From positions 206,219,741 to 206,283,740 of the forward strand of contig CM041465.1 in NCBI GenBank assembly GCA_023213395.1: a stretch of 64,000 bases of DNA, given 5' to 3'. The DNA comes from Cycas panzhihuaensis. Lineage: Eukaryota > Plantae > Cycadophyta. Positions within the stretch are counted from its first letter, which is position 1, and each line of letters opens with the position of its first letter. Under the pieces are notes generated by a model. That model saw only the letters and a program-made list of their open reading frames with translations, had not been told where the DNA came from and searched no databases. A program made the position numbers and the translations under genes. Shown here in pieces: positions 24,753-37,953 of this stretch.

Positions 24753-27700
24753 AGAGTCAAGCAAAAGCTCATTAGAGATATTTAAATAAACATAATATTC
24801 ATCAATGGGCTTTAATTCCACAAACAATCGAGGTGGATCTATAGAAATAACATCTTTGGGAAATGTAAAAATATAACTATACAAATCTCTTGATGAAAGA
24901 ACAAATGATTCATAAAACGATAAATCATTAAACAGACTTGATGCATCATAAAATGGATCATAATCAAGCTTAGAATTAAATGAATCATATGATAAAGGAA
25001 TCAACTGTTCAATGTTGTCAAAGAAAGTGTCAACAGGTAGAGTGGGAGTAACAAATTAATTAGGTAAACAAAATGACTTTCATTCTTGACATAACGAATG
25101 GAAAACAACTTTGGAAAAACACTAGATTGAATAAATGTTAGATTGAACCAATATGGCTTGTGTAAGATCTTGTAATTCATCAGTTTAAGTTAATAGTTTA
25201 AAATTTAAGTCTAAAATAGTAGATTGCAATTATTGCTCAAAAGGAAAAATGTTTTAAAATTTTGATAAAATTCAAACAATTTCTAAGTTTTATGGATTGG
25301 AAAAAATTGAATCACAATGTAAAGGGGATGTCAAACATGTTTTAGCATTTATTGTGAGAACTTTGCATTATGAAGTCAATATAGTTTTCATTTTGTTTCA
25401 TTATTCACAGTCAATGTTGACAAATAGAAATTTTAACAATTGGGAAGCATTAACAAGTCTATTACTTTGAAATTTCAAAAACTTAACAATTGTAATTTTT
25501 TTCCTATGGAGAAATTAGATTTCTCAAAAAATAGGAGACAAAACAACTTGCATTGCTAGAATCCAACTATGATTGAGTAAAACATTATGATCAAGAATCA
25601 TATTGACAAACTATTTTTTCCTTAAATGTGATGGAAAGATTGTTGATCTTGCCCATATATTGATGCTTAACAACATCAAAAGAATTAATCATTATGAAAT
25701 TTTTATCCAACTTTGAAAATTATAGGACATGCATAAGCAAAATAGGGATCATGTTGAGTGATGAGCGATAGCCAATAATGGCTCTATGTACTATTGTTTC
25801 ATTTATAATAACTTGATCCATTGAAGATATAGAATTAGACAACGAAGTAACATTCATTGGCATAAATGAAGGGTTGAAAAATATAATTCAAGAACAAGGT
25901 TGGGAAAATTAAGTTCTAAGAGAGCTAACACAATCTTGCCTTATAGAAGGGCAACACTCTATTATATCATAAAGCAACATATACGACAATATACACTTTA
26001 AATCCTCAACAAGGGAATATGAAGTAGAAGTTCATGAACCAAGCATAAGAGTAGGGTATTTAGGAACCCTAGAAGTAGGTGAGTTGGAGACGATTAAAAA
26101 GTTTTTTTTAATCTTTTGATTCTTCTCAATAATCTATTTTTCGTTAGTAATTTAGGATTGAATATGAATCACAAGTGAATTAATGAAGTCCATAGGAACA
26201 TATTCAATTAAATGAATCTCAAGAATATGCTTTTTCTAACAACCTTACTAGATTCACCTAGTTTAAAAGCCTAAACACTAATTGAAGACGGAGAAAAGGA
26301 TGTAGCATGTTATTGGAGAACTTATGGAGGAATAAGTAGCGTTGGCTTATATGTGTTTAAGGTAGGCAAAGAGAATTGAGATCAAATTGCTTGAGATGGA
26401 TTTTAAGAGGAAGTATGCTTAAGTTGTAATGAGTTAAGTTGGCTTTGAAGGCTCTAGATTTAAGCTATAAGTTGTGCTTCATAACTAGAGAACATAGGAG
26501 TTTATGGATGAGTAAGATGAACAATTTTCATGCTATTATCTAGAAGTAAGTTCTCATGTATTCCTAATTCTTGATTGGGATTCTAGTGTTACTATTGTTG
26601 AATTAAGCTAATGTAGGATAATTTCTAATTGTGTGATCATTGGTAATATGACAATCAGAGCACCAAAGTTGTTGATAACAAATATTCTTGCGATAATTTG
26701 TTTGACAACACCTATTATAATATAATGTAGCATTTTATTCTTGAGATGGTTGGTTTTGATGCAGGGGATTCCTCTGGTTCTTGTTTTGAATGAATTGGTT
26801 TTGAGAAGTAGAACAAGTAGAACAACAAGCACCACTCTATGCAAGTGGAATATGGGTTTGATTATTGTTCATCAAATTCTACACAAGGTGTTTTAATTGA
26901 ATGGCTGGAGCAACCAACTTAGGGATCAAGGAAGAAAAGGCAGGTTGATTCAATAGAGCAACCTAATGAACATTTTTTTGAAATAGTGATTGAGGTAAGT
27001 TACTAGTTGTATAGGAATTATTCTATACATTGTTAGGTTGAATAACTTGCAAGGGTGAAGGCTTTGAAAGAGGCATGAGACAATATTGTATCAACACATG
27101 GTCATCTTGTCGAGCCACTTCAATGTAAGATCAAGGGTTTTAATGCAATAACCTAAAATATATTGCACTATTAAGATTGTTAAGAAATAACTATTTGAGG
27201 GGGATCTCATTAAGTTTTATAATACAATGACTCATTAATACATAAAAGGTTTTGATATTCCAAGAGATGGTTCAATGAGAGGTTTGTTTGCAGGTTTGTA
27301 AACCATCTTACCATCTTCTTAAACTTTAGGGAGTGTGAAATGATTGAACAACCTTTCTAAAAGGTCACAAATGGTATGGATTGAGTTTGCCAAAAGTTTA
27401 ACAAACTAGAATGTGTTAGTGTCACCCAAAATAATGTGGGGAAACAAGCTCATTCGAATAGTATTGTCATAGATTTATGCAATGTTTAGGAATGCATTGA
27501 TATGTGACTTAGGATCCTCACTAGGTTTGCCATAAAAGTTTGGAAAACTAAGTATATCCTGTGCAGTTGCTAGAATGACACATGGGGAAGTTTTGATATA
27601 ATCAAGACATCAAAACTAGGAAGTAGAAATACTAACATTGGGTTTTGGTGGGAGAAAAGGTCGACTTCCAAATTTAGAACCCATATTGACTATAAATTTG

Positions 27701-29369
27701 TGTTTCAATTGAATAGAAAAGTGTCAGAGAACAATAAGTGAGTAAGCAACAACAAATTTCATTGGAAGTGAAGCAAATCTTCAAATTACTTTGATCGTAA
27801 GAATGCTATTGACTCCTTTCATGGCGATGCTATTAGACACTCTAATTTTGGTATTGTTTGAATAGTATGCGTTGTTTGTGTACTATACTTATCTTCTAAC
27901 ATAGATGTAATCTCCATTATGAAAGTTATATTATCCTCCTCCTTCATACCTTTAGCTTTAATAACATGGTGCTACTCTAGCTCTCATTTTGATTCCAACA
28001 TGACAACTAATACTATCTCATATTATTCTTCTTTATTTTTTATTTCTTGTTAAGGCATGGTTCCATCATTTTCTTTGTCATGTTGAGCATTTTCTTCCAT
28101 GTTGTAATGAGATATTCTAATTGAATATTTGGTGTTGGAAGAATGGCCTTTCCATTGTTGTACTTTAGCAGATTTCCTCTATGCAAAATATCATTTCTTA
28201 AGTCTTGTATGTAAGTCCTTAATTCTTTTAAATTGTCATGCATGGTCAAAACTATTTTCCTTAACTTGGCTTTCCAATGTATTTTTTTATGCCACATCTT
28301 ATTGTATTTTGTGAAAAAACAATCTATGAAGTAATTCTAGGATGTTGAATACCATCTGACATATTGATACCACAATTTATACCAATCATGGGTGTTGCCT
28401 TATAAATGTCATCCTGTTAATTCCATCCATTCTTCCTTACATTGATGGTTGGGATCTAAGTGATTGTAAGTGTTATTAATTTAGGTGTTAGAATCAAAAG
28501 TGCCATCTCCATTAAATTTTGGAGAATCCCCACCTAATATCCATTAGTAATAGGGCATTTAAAAAATAAATTAATAGAATATTACTAAAATTTACTCAAA
28601 ACCTTATTGAAATAAAAACAAAGTGATGAAAATTGTGAAAATTTAATAGTATTAACCATTCTCATAAAAAGTAAAGTAACATTTCTTCTAACTATTCAAA
28701 TTGAGTGTTACTTTTTTCTTTCCTTTTCGTTGTTGGAAGGAGGATCCAAAGACCCTTGTAATGAATCTAGTTTGAAGTGATTTGGAGTCCTATAGTTTTT
28801 GTGTTGAGATTTTGGAAGTTGATTTTTTTAATATATCAATAATCCATATTAGTAGCATCTAAGTGGGATGCATTTCATATGAGTTGTTCTAGGACATTCA
28901 CAATTATTTATGGGTGTCAATAGTTAAATGTAATAGTTTAGTTTAAATATTATGCTATTCATAAGTGTGGTTCATGGAGGTGGCCTTCTTTGAACTTTGG
29001 GATGTTCATGGGCCTCTTTTGAGTTGCAATGAAGCCTTAGAAAATGAATTATGGTGTCCAATTCAATGATGAAGAAGTGATAGAGAAGAATTCTCCATAC
29101 TATAATAAATCACCAAATGATGTTTCTACAATAGGACTTAGGGGCTACATATACTAAATTTCTCCCATGCATATATAGAAAAACCTACACCCCCCTATGC
29201 TAACATAACAAACCTACATTATTTAATTACCTAAGGATGTGCCACAAACTGACACATTAATTCACATAATAACCTAATGACACATGACCTAATCTAAACT
29301 TCAAGATACTATTACTAATATAAACCCTAATCTAGTGTATGTCATCCATCTCAAATTGGGTACATTATA
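24753..29369 (-). mobile_element. Decayed Ty3/gypsy remnant (Athila/Tat/Ogre-like): 5' LTR, PBS, gag, protease
   Basis: Gag 27335-27552 FPNFYGKPSEDPKSHINAF..IRMSLFP; protease 25510-25815 RAIIGYRSSLNMI..NVLLNHSWI.AMQ; decayed tRNA-Arg-like PBS ~28524-28543; putative LTR ~28545-29369. Confidence 0.75.
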
Positions 29370-30672
29370 AGCTTGGATGATACATCAAGTTTTGTATCTC
29401 AAACTTTCATAAACATTGATGGGTACGAAAGAAAAGAAGAGGAGCAATTTGAAAAATATAGATTCTATCCTATTGTCTCTTGTGTGAAATAGAAAGATGG
29501 AATTGAACATGGCTATGAAGGAACAAGGGGGGGTAGCTTGTTATATAACACAAGTAACAGATGAATACTATGAGTTGTTGCATGGAAAAGTAGGCAATTG
29601 TGTTTAGTGGGACTATAAACAACATTTTAAATAAGACTACCAAAAGTTACAATCTTCTATAGAGACCAATTATCATGAGGATTTGAGAAGTTTAATTATA
29701 AAATTGGTTGATATAAGAGAATCTTGTTTAAATGATAGAGAACCATTTTAGGAAAAGAGGATGCACTTCCTTATTTCAATTTTGTGATTTGGTCTTTATT
29801 ATTTATTCATGCCACAGATCACTTTTCTTTGTGCACATGGAAATCAATGCATTATTTCAAATATTCATAACTCTAGATTTTCATGGTCCAATTTGACACC
29901 ATCTTCATAAATATACACATTGAAATCCCAATAATTCTACCATAAGTTGAATCTAAATTTGATACCAAAATTTAATAATTGATAATGGGATGCTTAAATC
30001 AATCTATAAGACTTATCTACTATATGCATTTAGTACTAACAATTCCACGATAAAGTTCTTAATTGAGACAAAACAAGTAATATAGATGCATGTTTGAAGT
30101 TCAAATGTTTTCTAACTTATTCAAGCAAAAGTTCTTTCATTCTGCACGCTTGATGTTGAAAATTTATGTTTAGATACCGTTGACATAAATCTATCCACTT
30201 TATAATAAAGGAGAAAAGCTCAATAATTATATGCATTGAAATGGAATCAACTAAAATTTTTTGTGTCAAGTTTTCATTACTAAGGTTGGAGTGGGACTTT
30301 TCTTATATGTTTATTCTACCCAAAAGTAGGGAATCATTGTAAGAAAATGGCATAGAATTGAAGTCCTACAAAGGTTTCCACATGAGATTTAATACTCTTT
30401 AAATGACAAAACTAGGTAAGTCTACTACCTACTAGGTTTCATAGTTTTGTTCTATTTTTATGTTTTCCTATATAGTCAAGTCTATGAGATTCTAGTAGTG
30501 GTCATGATCTCTATTCTAGGTAAGTCATATATTCAAATGTTGAAGGGCCCACTAATAAACCCCAAAATATGATGGTATAGTTTAAGGGTGGTATATGGTT
30601 ATTAATTGATAAATAAGAAGCTTATCCGTAAAGCCCCAACTAATTAGCTCCATTCATATATACATGTGTGTG

Positions 30673-30713
<41 letters not shown>

Positions 30714-30716
<3 letters not shown>

Positions 30717-33429
30717 AATGCTAATCCATGAGATTATTAAATTATTATATTTACCCATTTGATATGCATTATGGCGTCATAGTGTGTACACTTCTTTATA
30801 TAATAGGTCATTGGTTGACCAAGTAACTCCTAGGGTGTAATTAGACAACCAAGTGGTTATATGTACTATAAATATGTATTAGTTTAATATAATATAATTA
30901 GAAGTGATTGTTTTTTGTAAGTATATTATGTTGTATATTTGTGTATATTATTCTTTAATTCTTTCACTTGTATGTCTTTAATTTCATAGTCTTGTATGAT
31001 CCTAGATCTGTTTAGGTATTTATTTCTAACAAGTGATATCAGAGCTAGATCCATCAAAGCTCTAGTAATATCAAATCCCTAGTTTAAGCCTATTCTGACC
31101 CTAATTAAACTATAAGACTATGAGTATGTCCTTCTATTAAGGGTTTATTCTGAATTTGTTTAAGTATGATTGTTTATGACTAATAAAGGAGGTAGTCCAT
31201 TTATTTATCGAGTGAGGTTTTGTTGTAAGTTATGGATGGTTTCAAACTTCAGTTTTGTAGGGCGCTTGGAGTATATTGGCATGAGCACCTAGAGCATGTT
31301 GGTGGCATGAGCCTAAGCATATTAGTGTCATAAGCCTGGAGCATATTGGTGCTTATCTATAAAAATTTAGCTGGAACACTGGTATTGCAATTTTTTTAAA
31401 TCCCGCAAAGGTTTATCATATGTTTGATTCATTTTTGGACTAGTTATTTGTATGTTTGACCAATACACATGCAAGTATTGCATGTGAATCCAAGAGTGGG
31501 GCTTTAGATATAGGCATGAACACACAGTGAAGCTGATAATATGGTGTAAAGGTCACAGTTTTATCCTTTATTGTGTTGGCTAGAATTGAGGGTGTTGTGG
31601 CATAGTTTAGAGTAGCAGATGATTCATTAGCTTGCGTGTAGAAACTAGCATGTTTATGTCTTTAATGTGGAACTTGTTAATTAAGAGAACCTATATATAT
31701 GAAGAAATTCTATTGGTAGTAGAGAGTGCAATGATAGAAGTAGGTTTGTTAGGACTTATTAGTGCACCACCTAGTCAACAAGACATTGAGATTATAAGAT
31801 TGAAATTATTGGAGCATTTATAGTAGGCTATTATAGATGGTATGGATAGTGTTTACTACGATCATTTATCAAACCTTGCTTGGGCACAATTATCCTTGTA
31901 TGTTGTTGTCATTTGATGGTGAGAAGTTGCATAGTTAGAGAGGTCTCATGTACATGGTTGTGCGCTTCTCTATTTTTTATCTGGAATAAAGATAAATGGG
32001 GTTTATGCTAAAAAAATAAGAGATATAAGATGTGGGTAAAGATTGCAGGATGTTGTGAGATCCAAAGTTATTTGTCAAGGAAGCATCAAGGGTTTGTATG
32101 GTTCTGATATGATTTAGGTTATTTTTCCTATGTTTCATTTAGATTTAGCTCTATTAGTGACTGTAGATAACAAATCAAAGAATTTGAAGCCTGCTAAGGT
32201 GAATTACTACTATTGAGCACAATTTGTTTTGGTTTAATAGCTCTATTTATATATTAGATGACTTTGTTGTAGTATTGAGTAAATTTAGTAAAAGTTAGGC
32301 CCTTTTAACTATAATTTTCTTTTGTGTGAAATATTTTTAGCTAAATTTCAGATTATTATTGTGTTTGAAGTGTCACATGCATGCCATGAGCACAGACAAC
32401 TTTTAAACTTTTTATTTTTATTTTTATAAAGTTTTAAAATATTATGAAATAACATTAAAATATTTTACATGTATTTTGAGGTCTATTTATCCCTTGGAAA
32501 AGGTTGTATAGGTGACTAAGAGCTAATTTAAAAGGGGCTACATGCCTATTTTTTACACTTTTTCACTTTTTAAGGACATATATTAAGTAAAACAACCATA
32601 TCTCTCTCATATAACATCAAAATTTGGTATCGATAATTATGTTATGAAGTTAACGCATAGAGCTTTTTAAGGAGTGGTCATACAATATGCTTTAAAGATT
32701 TTTCAAGGCAATTTTAATAGTATGAAGTTCATACTTTAATTTAACATAGTGTTAAAATAGAGCCTATGATTTAAAAAAGAGGTATTTTGTTGCATGTTTC
32801 TACTTGGATAACCATTTTTGTAAGTTTGTTCTATAGTATAGTAGATGCAGCTAAAGGTCTTTATCTTGTTTTTTCTCATAAATGTGCAACCTCTATTAGG
32901 AGGGCCAAAAATAAGTAAAATGGGAGTAAATCAAAGCTAGTTGGTAAGCAAATATTGGTCAACTATATATAAAAAGGTCATTCTAGAGGACTAACAAGTA
33001 TAGAGGTTGGTTACCCATGTGCTGTGGTAGATGTTTAGCTTTTATATAGACTCAACATCATATTTGAAGTAGTTATGTGGTATGAATAAACATTAATGGA
33101 GGGGATGTTATGTAATGTTAATTCATGAAATTATTAAATTGTTTTAAATTACCTCTTTGATGTGCATTAGGGGGTCATAGTGTGTATAGTTTTTTATGTC
33201 ATAGGTCATTGATTAACCAAGTAACTCGTAGAGTGTGATTGGATAACCAGGTTATGATATTTACTATAAATATGTATTAGTTTAGCATAATACAATTATA
33301 AGTGATCATTTTTCATATGTATATTATATTGTGTATTTGTGCACATTATTCATTAATTCTTTCACATGTATATATTTAATTTCATAGTCTCGTATGATCC
33401 TCGACTTGTTTGGCCATTTATTTCTAACA
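30714..33429 (+). mobile_element. Non-autonomous LTR element D (~2.7 kb) inserted in a microsatellite
   Basis: LTRs ~30714-31031 and 33106-33429; decayed PBS TGATATCAGAGC 31034-31045; PPT ATGGAGGGGA before 33106; no pol; absent from copy 1 (~18090-18200). Confidence 0.85.
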
Positions 33430-33443
33430 ATATATGTATATAT

Positions 33444-33493
<50 letters not shown>

Positions 33494-33865
33494 CTTGAAG
33501 ATAAATAAGAGGGCCTATCGATTTATAGAGTACCAAAACTAATTATTACAAATGTTTTAATGCTTAACATAATTGTTTGTGAGTGTATTATATGAGTTAA
33601 AACATGAGTATAATTATGAAATGGCCCAATCAATCCATGAATCCAAATGAAATATGGAGATTCTTTATCAAATAGAAAGGTAACCATGGTTGTTGCTCAA
33701 TTAAAGTTTCCTAAGAAGATTATGACATATAAGAGTATAATGTTTCAATATAAATTTTTTTATGTATTATCCATTCCATGTTGGGGAGAACTATGATGTG
33801 TAGAAGAGTTTCTTCAATTTATGTTTTTATTTTATTTATTTATTTGGTATTTTTATGTGCTATAG

Positions 33866-34017
33866 ATGAATGTAAACATTATTAGGGCAACTACAAGGGT
33901 TGTGATTATTGCAAGGACAAGGAGTCTAATGCAAAATTTTGGTCATGTTATTGTACTTTAGCATTGACCATAATTATTAAGTGTTTGAAACTAGCCGGTC
34001 ATACTCCTTGGAATTAA
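33866..34017 (+). pseudogene. OEP16-4: Second, frameshifted copy of the OEP16-4-like terminal exon
   Basis: Paralog of 18552-18704 with a 1-bp deletion giving a premature TAG at ~33959. Confidence 0.65.
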
Positions 34018-36325
34018 ATATGAGTTACTTCTAATGTACATTAATTATTCATGTATTAGGTTTTCTTTAAGGAAAGAGTTTGAATTTACTAATGCAATTA
34101 GTCAGATTCAACATTCTTGTTGTATTGGCTAAATTTCCATCATTTTTTTTTTGTTCCCTTTTTCTCAAGGTAGCTTAGGTTTTATGAGTTTTAGGTCCAT
34201 TCTTATTATTTATTGCCCCTATTTCATAGAAGGTAAGGATGTGAGAATAAAAAAACTACTTTTTTGGATTTATCTTACATTAATAATGTCATCTTATTAT
34301 AAATGTTTTATTGTTCTCAACTTGATTGTTCTATTGTATGGTGGAAAGATTCACTTTATGTTGTAATAAAAATGTTTTACATGTTCTTTGTGATTTTCTA
34401 TATTATTTTATGCAATCTAGTTCCTATATTATAAAAGAAATCACCCTAATCTTGAACCAAGTTCTTTTGGTTATTATGGAGTACATTAGACCAATATGGG
34501 TTTTCTAGAATGTTGTCCTATCTATCATCTTACAATCTATGTTAAACCTTAAAATGGAGTTTATATAAATTATATAAACCAGTGGGGATAGAGTTCTACT
34601 TGACTGATTTGTGTTTAATCAAGACCATGGATTGAAAACCAATGTTACTAGTGTGAAAATGCATTATTAAATTGCTTGATGACATATTTCATATATGTTT
34701 GCTTATAGCCAAGAGCATGAATGAATGATGATATGGATTTACAAAATCATGTGTTGTATTGTTGAGTTTTAAGTCATGTTTTATGTGGAGCAATAGTAAT
34801 TAATTTTTATTCTTGATTTAATATGATGTTTCCTACCATTTTACATTTTGCACCTTTCTGACTTTAATCAAAGTGCTTTTCTTTTGTAGAGATCATTATG
34901 TTATATATCTTGTGAAATTAATTTTATAGACAACACTTGACTTTTCACCAGGCTAGTCCAAAATCATTCACTACATTCTATATTGCTTTCTTCCACCCTA
35001 TTTTTTAAAGTTTAGTTAGAAACATATTTTTGAATTATATTGTTTGTCTTGCTAATGAAGAAATACAATTATTTACATGAGAGATTTTTGTCTGTTTATG
35101 TTGTAGTTTTTCATTTCTATTTGTTTGTTATTAAAGCCTAAAGTGATATTGTCATGTGTTTTTGTCATTCTCATCCCTCATTAACTATATATAATTTGAG
35201 GTTAGACCTTTTCCATTTTTGCTAAATATTTTGCTGTGAAAATCAACCAATGTTTCATTGACTATTTGTTGGAGAAAAAATAATTTTACATATCTGATCA
35301 ATGCATATGCTATGTTGTCAATATTGACACAGCATAACTAAAGTGGAAGGTACATACAACAGATCATGTCATATAACTGAGCAAACAATCTTCATTATTC
35401 ATTGTTCAATAGGCAAACATTGCAATAAAAATATAGATTGGTAACCATAAGGGTTGCTAAGAACCCAAATACCACAATCATATAGATGTTACTATGAGTT
35501 CCCTTTTATATTATTTCCTTAAAATATATTCTTGAGGGATTGGGTCATTAATCTAGTTCCAATCAACCCTCTTTACCCTTTTATTATAATAATATTCTCA
35601 ATCATAGTGCCTTTGTGATCCTTTTTATAGGTCACACACTTTAACTTTGCTAACACCTCTTCTAAATTTAATGGTTGCTTTGTCCTCAAGTAATAAATAA
35701 TCAAACATCATCTCTCTCAAAAGTAGAAATGAAAAGATAATGGAAAGTATGCCAAGAGTTTATATAAGTGTAAACTACTCTTAAGTTTTATGGTTGACTT
35801 ATGAGCATTCTCTTTTATTCCTATGGTAATTAATGTGCTTGAGTCTTTTGGTGCAAGGTGGCCACCTATGATTTGACATATGACTTTACTTGGATGCTAA
35901 TCATGGTGTAATCTTATAGAAAAATCAAGTTTGTTACTAGCTCTTAGATTCACCTATTAGGTTACATTATCATTTGAGCACTACTTGGTAGGTAACTTGC
36001 TTTAATATGAGGGTTCTTTATTACCCATAATCATCACATTTGATCACCTCATCATTGAGCCCTACTTGGAAAATTACTCATAAGGTTTGTATTTATCCTC
36101 AACATACCACACATGAGGATTTATACTTTATGAATGACATTGCCCATGGAATCATAAGAAAATACTAGAAAAATGAGAGAAGTGAATAAAGAAGTTTTCA
36201 CTATAACATCCACTTGTTAAGAAATTATGTTTGATATTTTGTTAAATGAATATTAAACACACAAGAGATAGATAAATACAAAATATTTCTATATGTTTGA
36301 TGTGTTATTATTTAATATAAGAATG

Positions 36326-36357
<32 letters not shown>

Positions 36358-37953
36358 AAAGATGAGTACCTCATAGAGGATAAATAAGAAGTGATAAAGT
36401 ACATGAAGATTTGTGAGCTTCAATCATATATATTAAGGTGCCCATATATTAAGGCTATTCACCTATATATTAACTTATGAGAAACACTTACATGCACCTA
36501 TGAGAACTTATATACATTAATAACCATGAATTAAACATTACATTCAACACTTCTATATAATGTTTAATTCATTAACATCATGAAGTTTTCTAAATTCCTC
36601 AAACTTATCTAGTTTACCTTCTAATGATAACACCAAAATGTAGTTATTATTGGGTAACTTATATCATCTTTAGAAATTTTTTTTTCGCTTTCTCAAAGAG
36701 ATCTATACCATCATTTTTCGGTTTTGCTATCTTATATGTGCTTGTGCCTCCATTTATACTTCTTAATTTTTTTCTTCATTTTCTTAGATGAAATTTGTCT
36801 TGACCCTCTCAATTTGGGTGCTTTAAGCTCTAATTGTTCTTATAGCCACCTTCTAACCTTTGAGTTTGGTTTGTTGATGTTTATATTAAAAAACAACCAT
36901 CTACTAGAATGCATGGATAATTAATTATTGTAATTATCGATTTGTATAAAAGTTATTTGCATATATAGTTCATCAATACTTGTAAAATTTGTATATATCA
37001 ACAACCTTTTTGTGTACCTACACTTATCACAATACCTATCCAAACATATATTAAGAGCTTATTGACATTCAGAAACAAGCATAACCACTCAGTCAAATAA
37101 TGTTCTAGTATCATTATGGATGATTAAGCTTTTTGCTAACTTGTTGTAATTATGCATATATCTATTCCATATTAGAACCCCCTAAAATAGATTGCATGAT
37201 GTTGTCCTCTCAACCATGATACAATATAGTTTAAAATATTATCCCATAAATCAAAGTGAGACGAAGACTAAAATCATCAATGCTAATTTCTTAGCCTCTA
37301 TAGTCTAAATGCCAAATGAAGAAATCTCATAGGTATCAAACTTTGCCATAGTAACTGCAATTATTTTTTACAATATTTAATTGTAACTCTGGAAAACTTT
37401 ATCAAATATTTTGTGTACAATCTCTTACTTCATCGTCCAATGGAAGGGGGATCCATAGAAATTGTAGTGGTTCCACTATAATTTTTGTGGATCTTAGAGG
37501 AGAAATGGGGTCCCATGGAAGTCCCTATTCCTCTTTGTCACTCCCTTGATTCCAAAGTATTTGCCAAGTGGAGTTCTATGATTCGTCGAGAAGAATATGG
37601 CAATAACAATAAAATGATTATAATCATTAGGGATTTGTCAAGTGTTATTTATATATGTACAATTAACATTGATAGTTATATTATCTCATTTCTATAGGTT
37701 TCACTCAATGTAGCCCTTCATTGTTTTTACCATTGAAGGGATGGGAGTTCAGCAGTTTCGCTACATAGGAATCAAAGAAATTCCTTCTTCTCCTACTAGT
37801 GACTCCCTTCTCCAGGTAAAGGACTCCTTGCATCATCAAATTTCCTAGAGCTTAACCCCTCTCTATGGAACCATGAGGTTATAGATATTTTAGCAAACAT
37901 CTAATGCATTTGTGATAATTTCATATACTCTTTTTAAAAATTAACTTCTCACT

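Larger units (their letters stand above)
29287..37940 (+). repeat. Segmental duplication copy 2 (interrupted by element D and a ~450-bp extra segment at ~37430-37880)
   Basis: Colinear with copy 1; carries the empty sites for B and the solo LTR. Confidence 0.9.

Noticed and set aside
31700-32000. Possible gypsy Gag remnant inside element D
   Set aside because: Only a weak AWAQLSLY..W phrase; too degenerate to call
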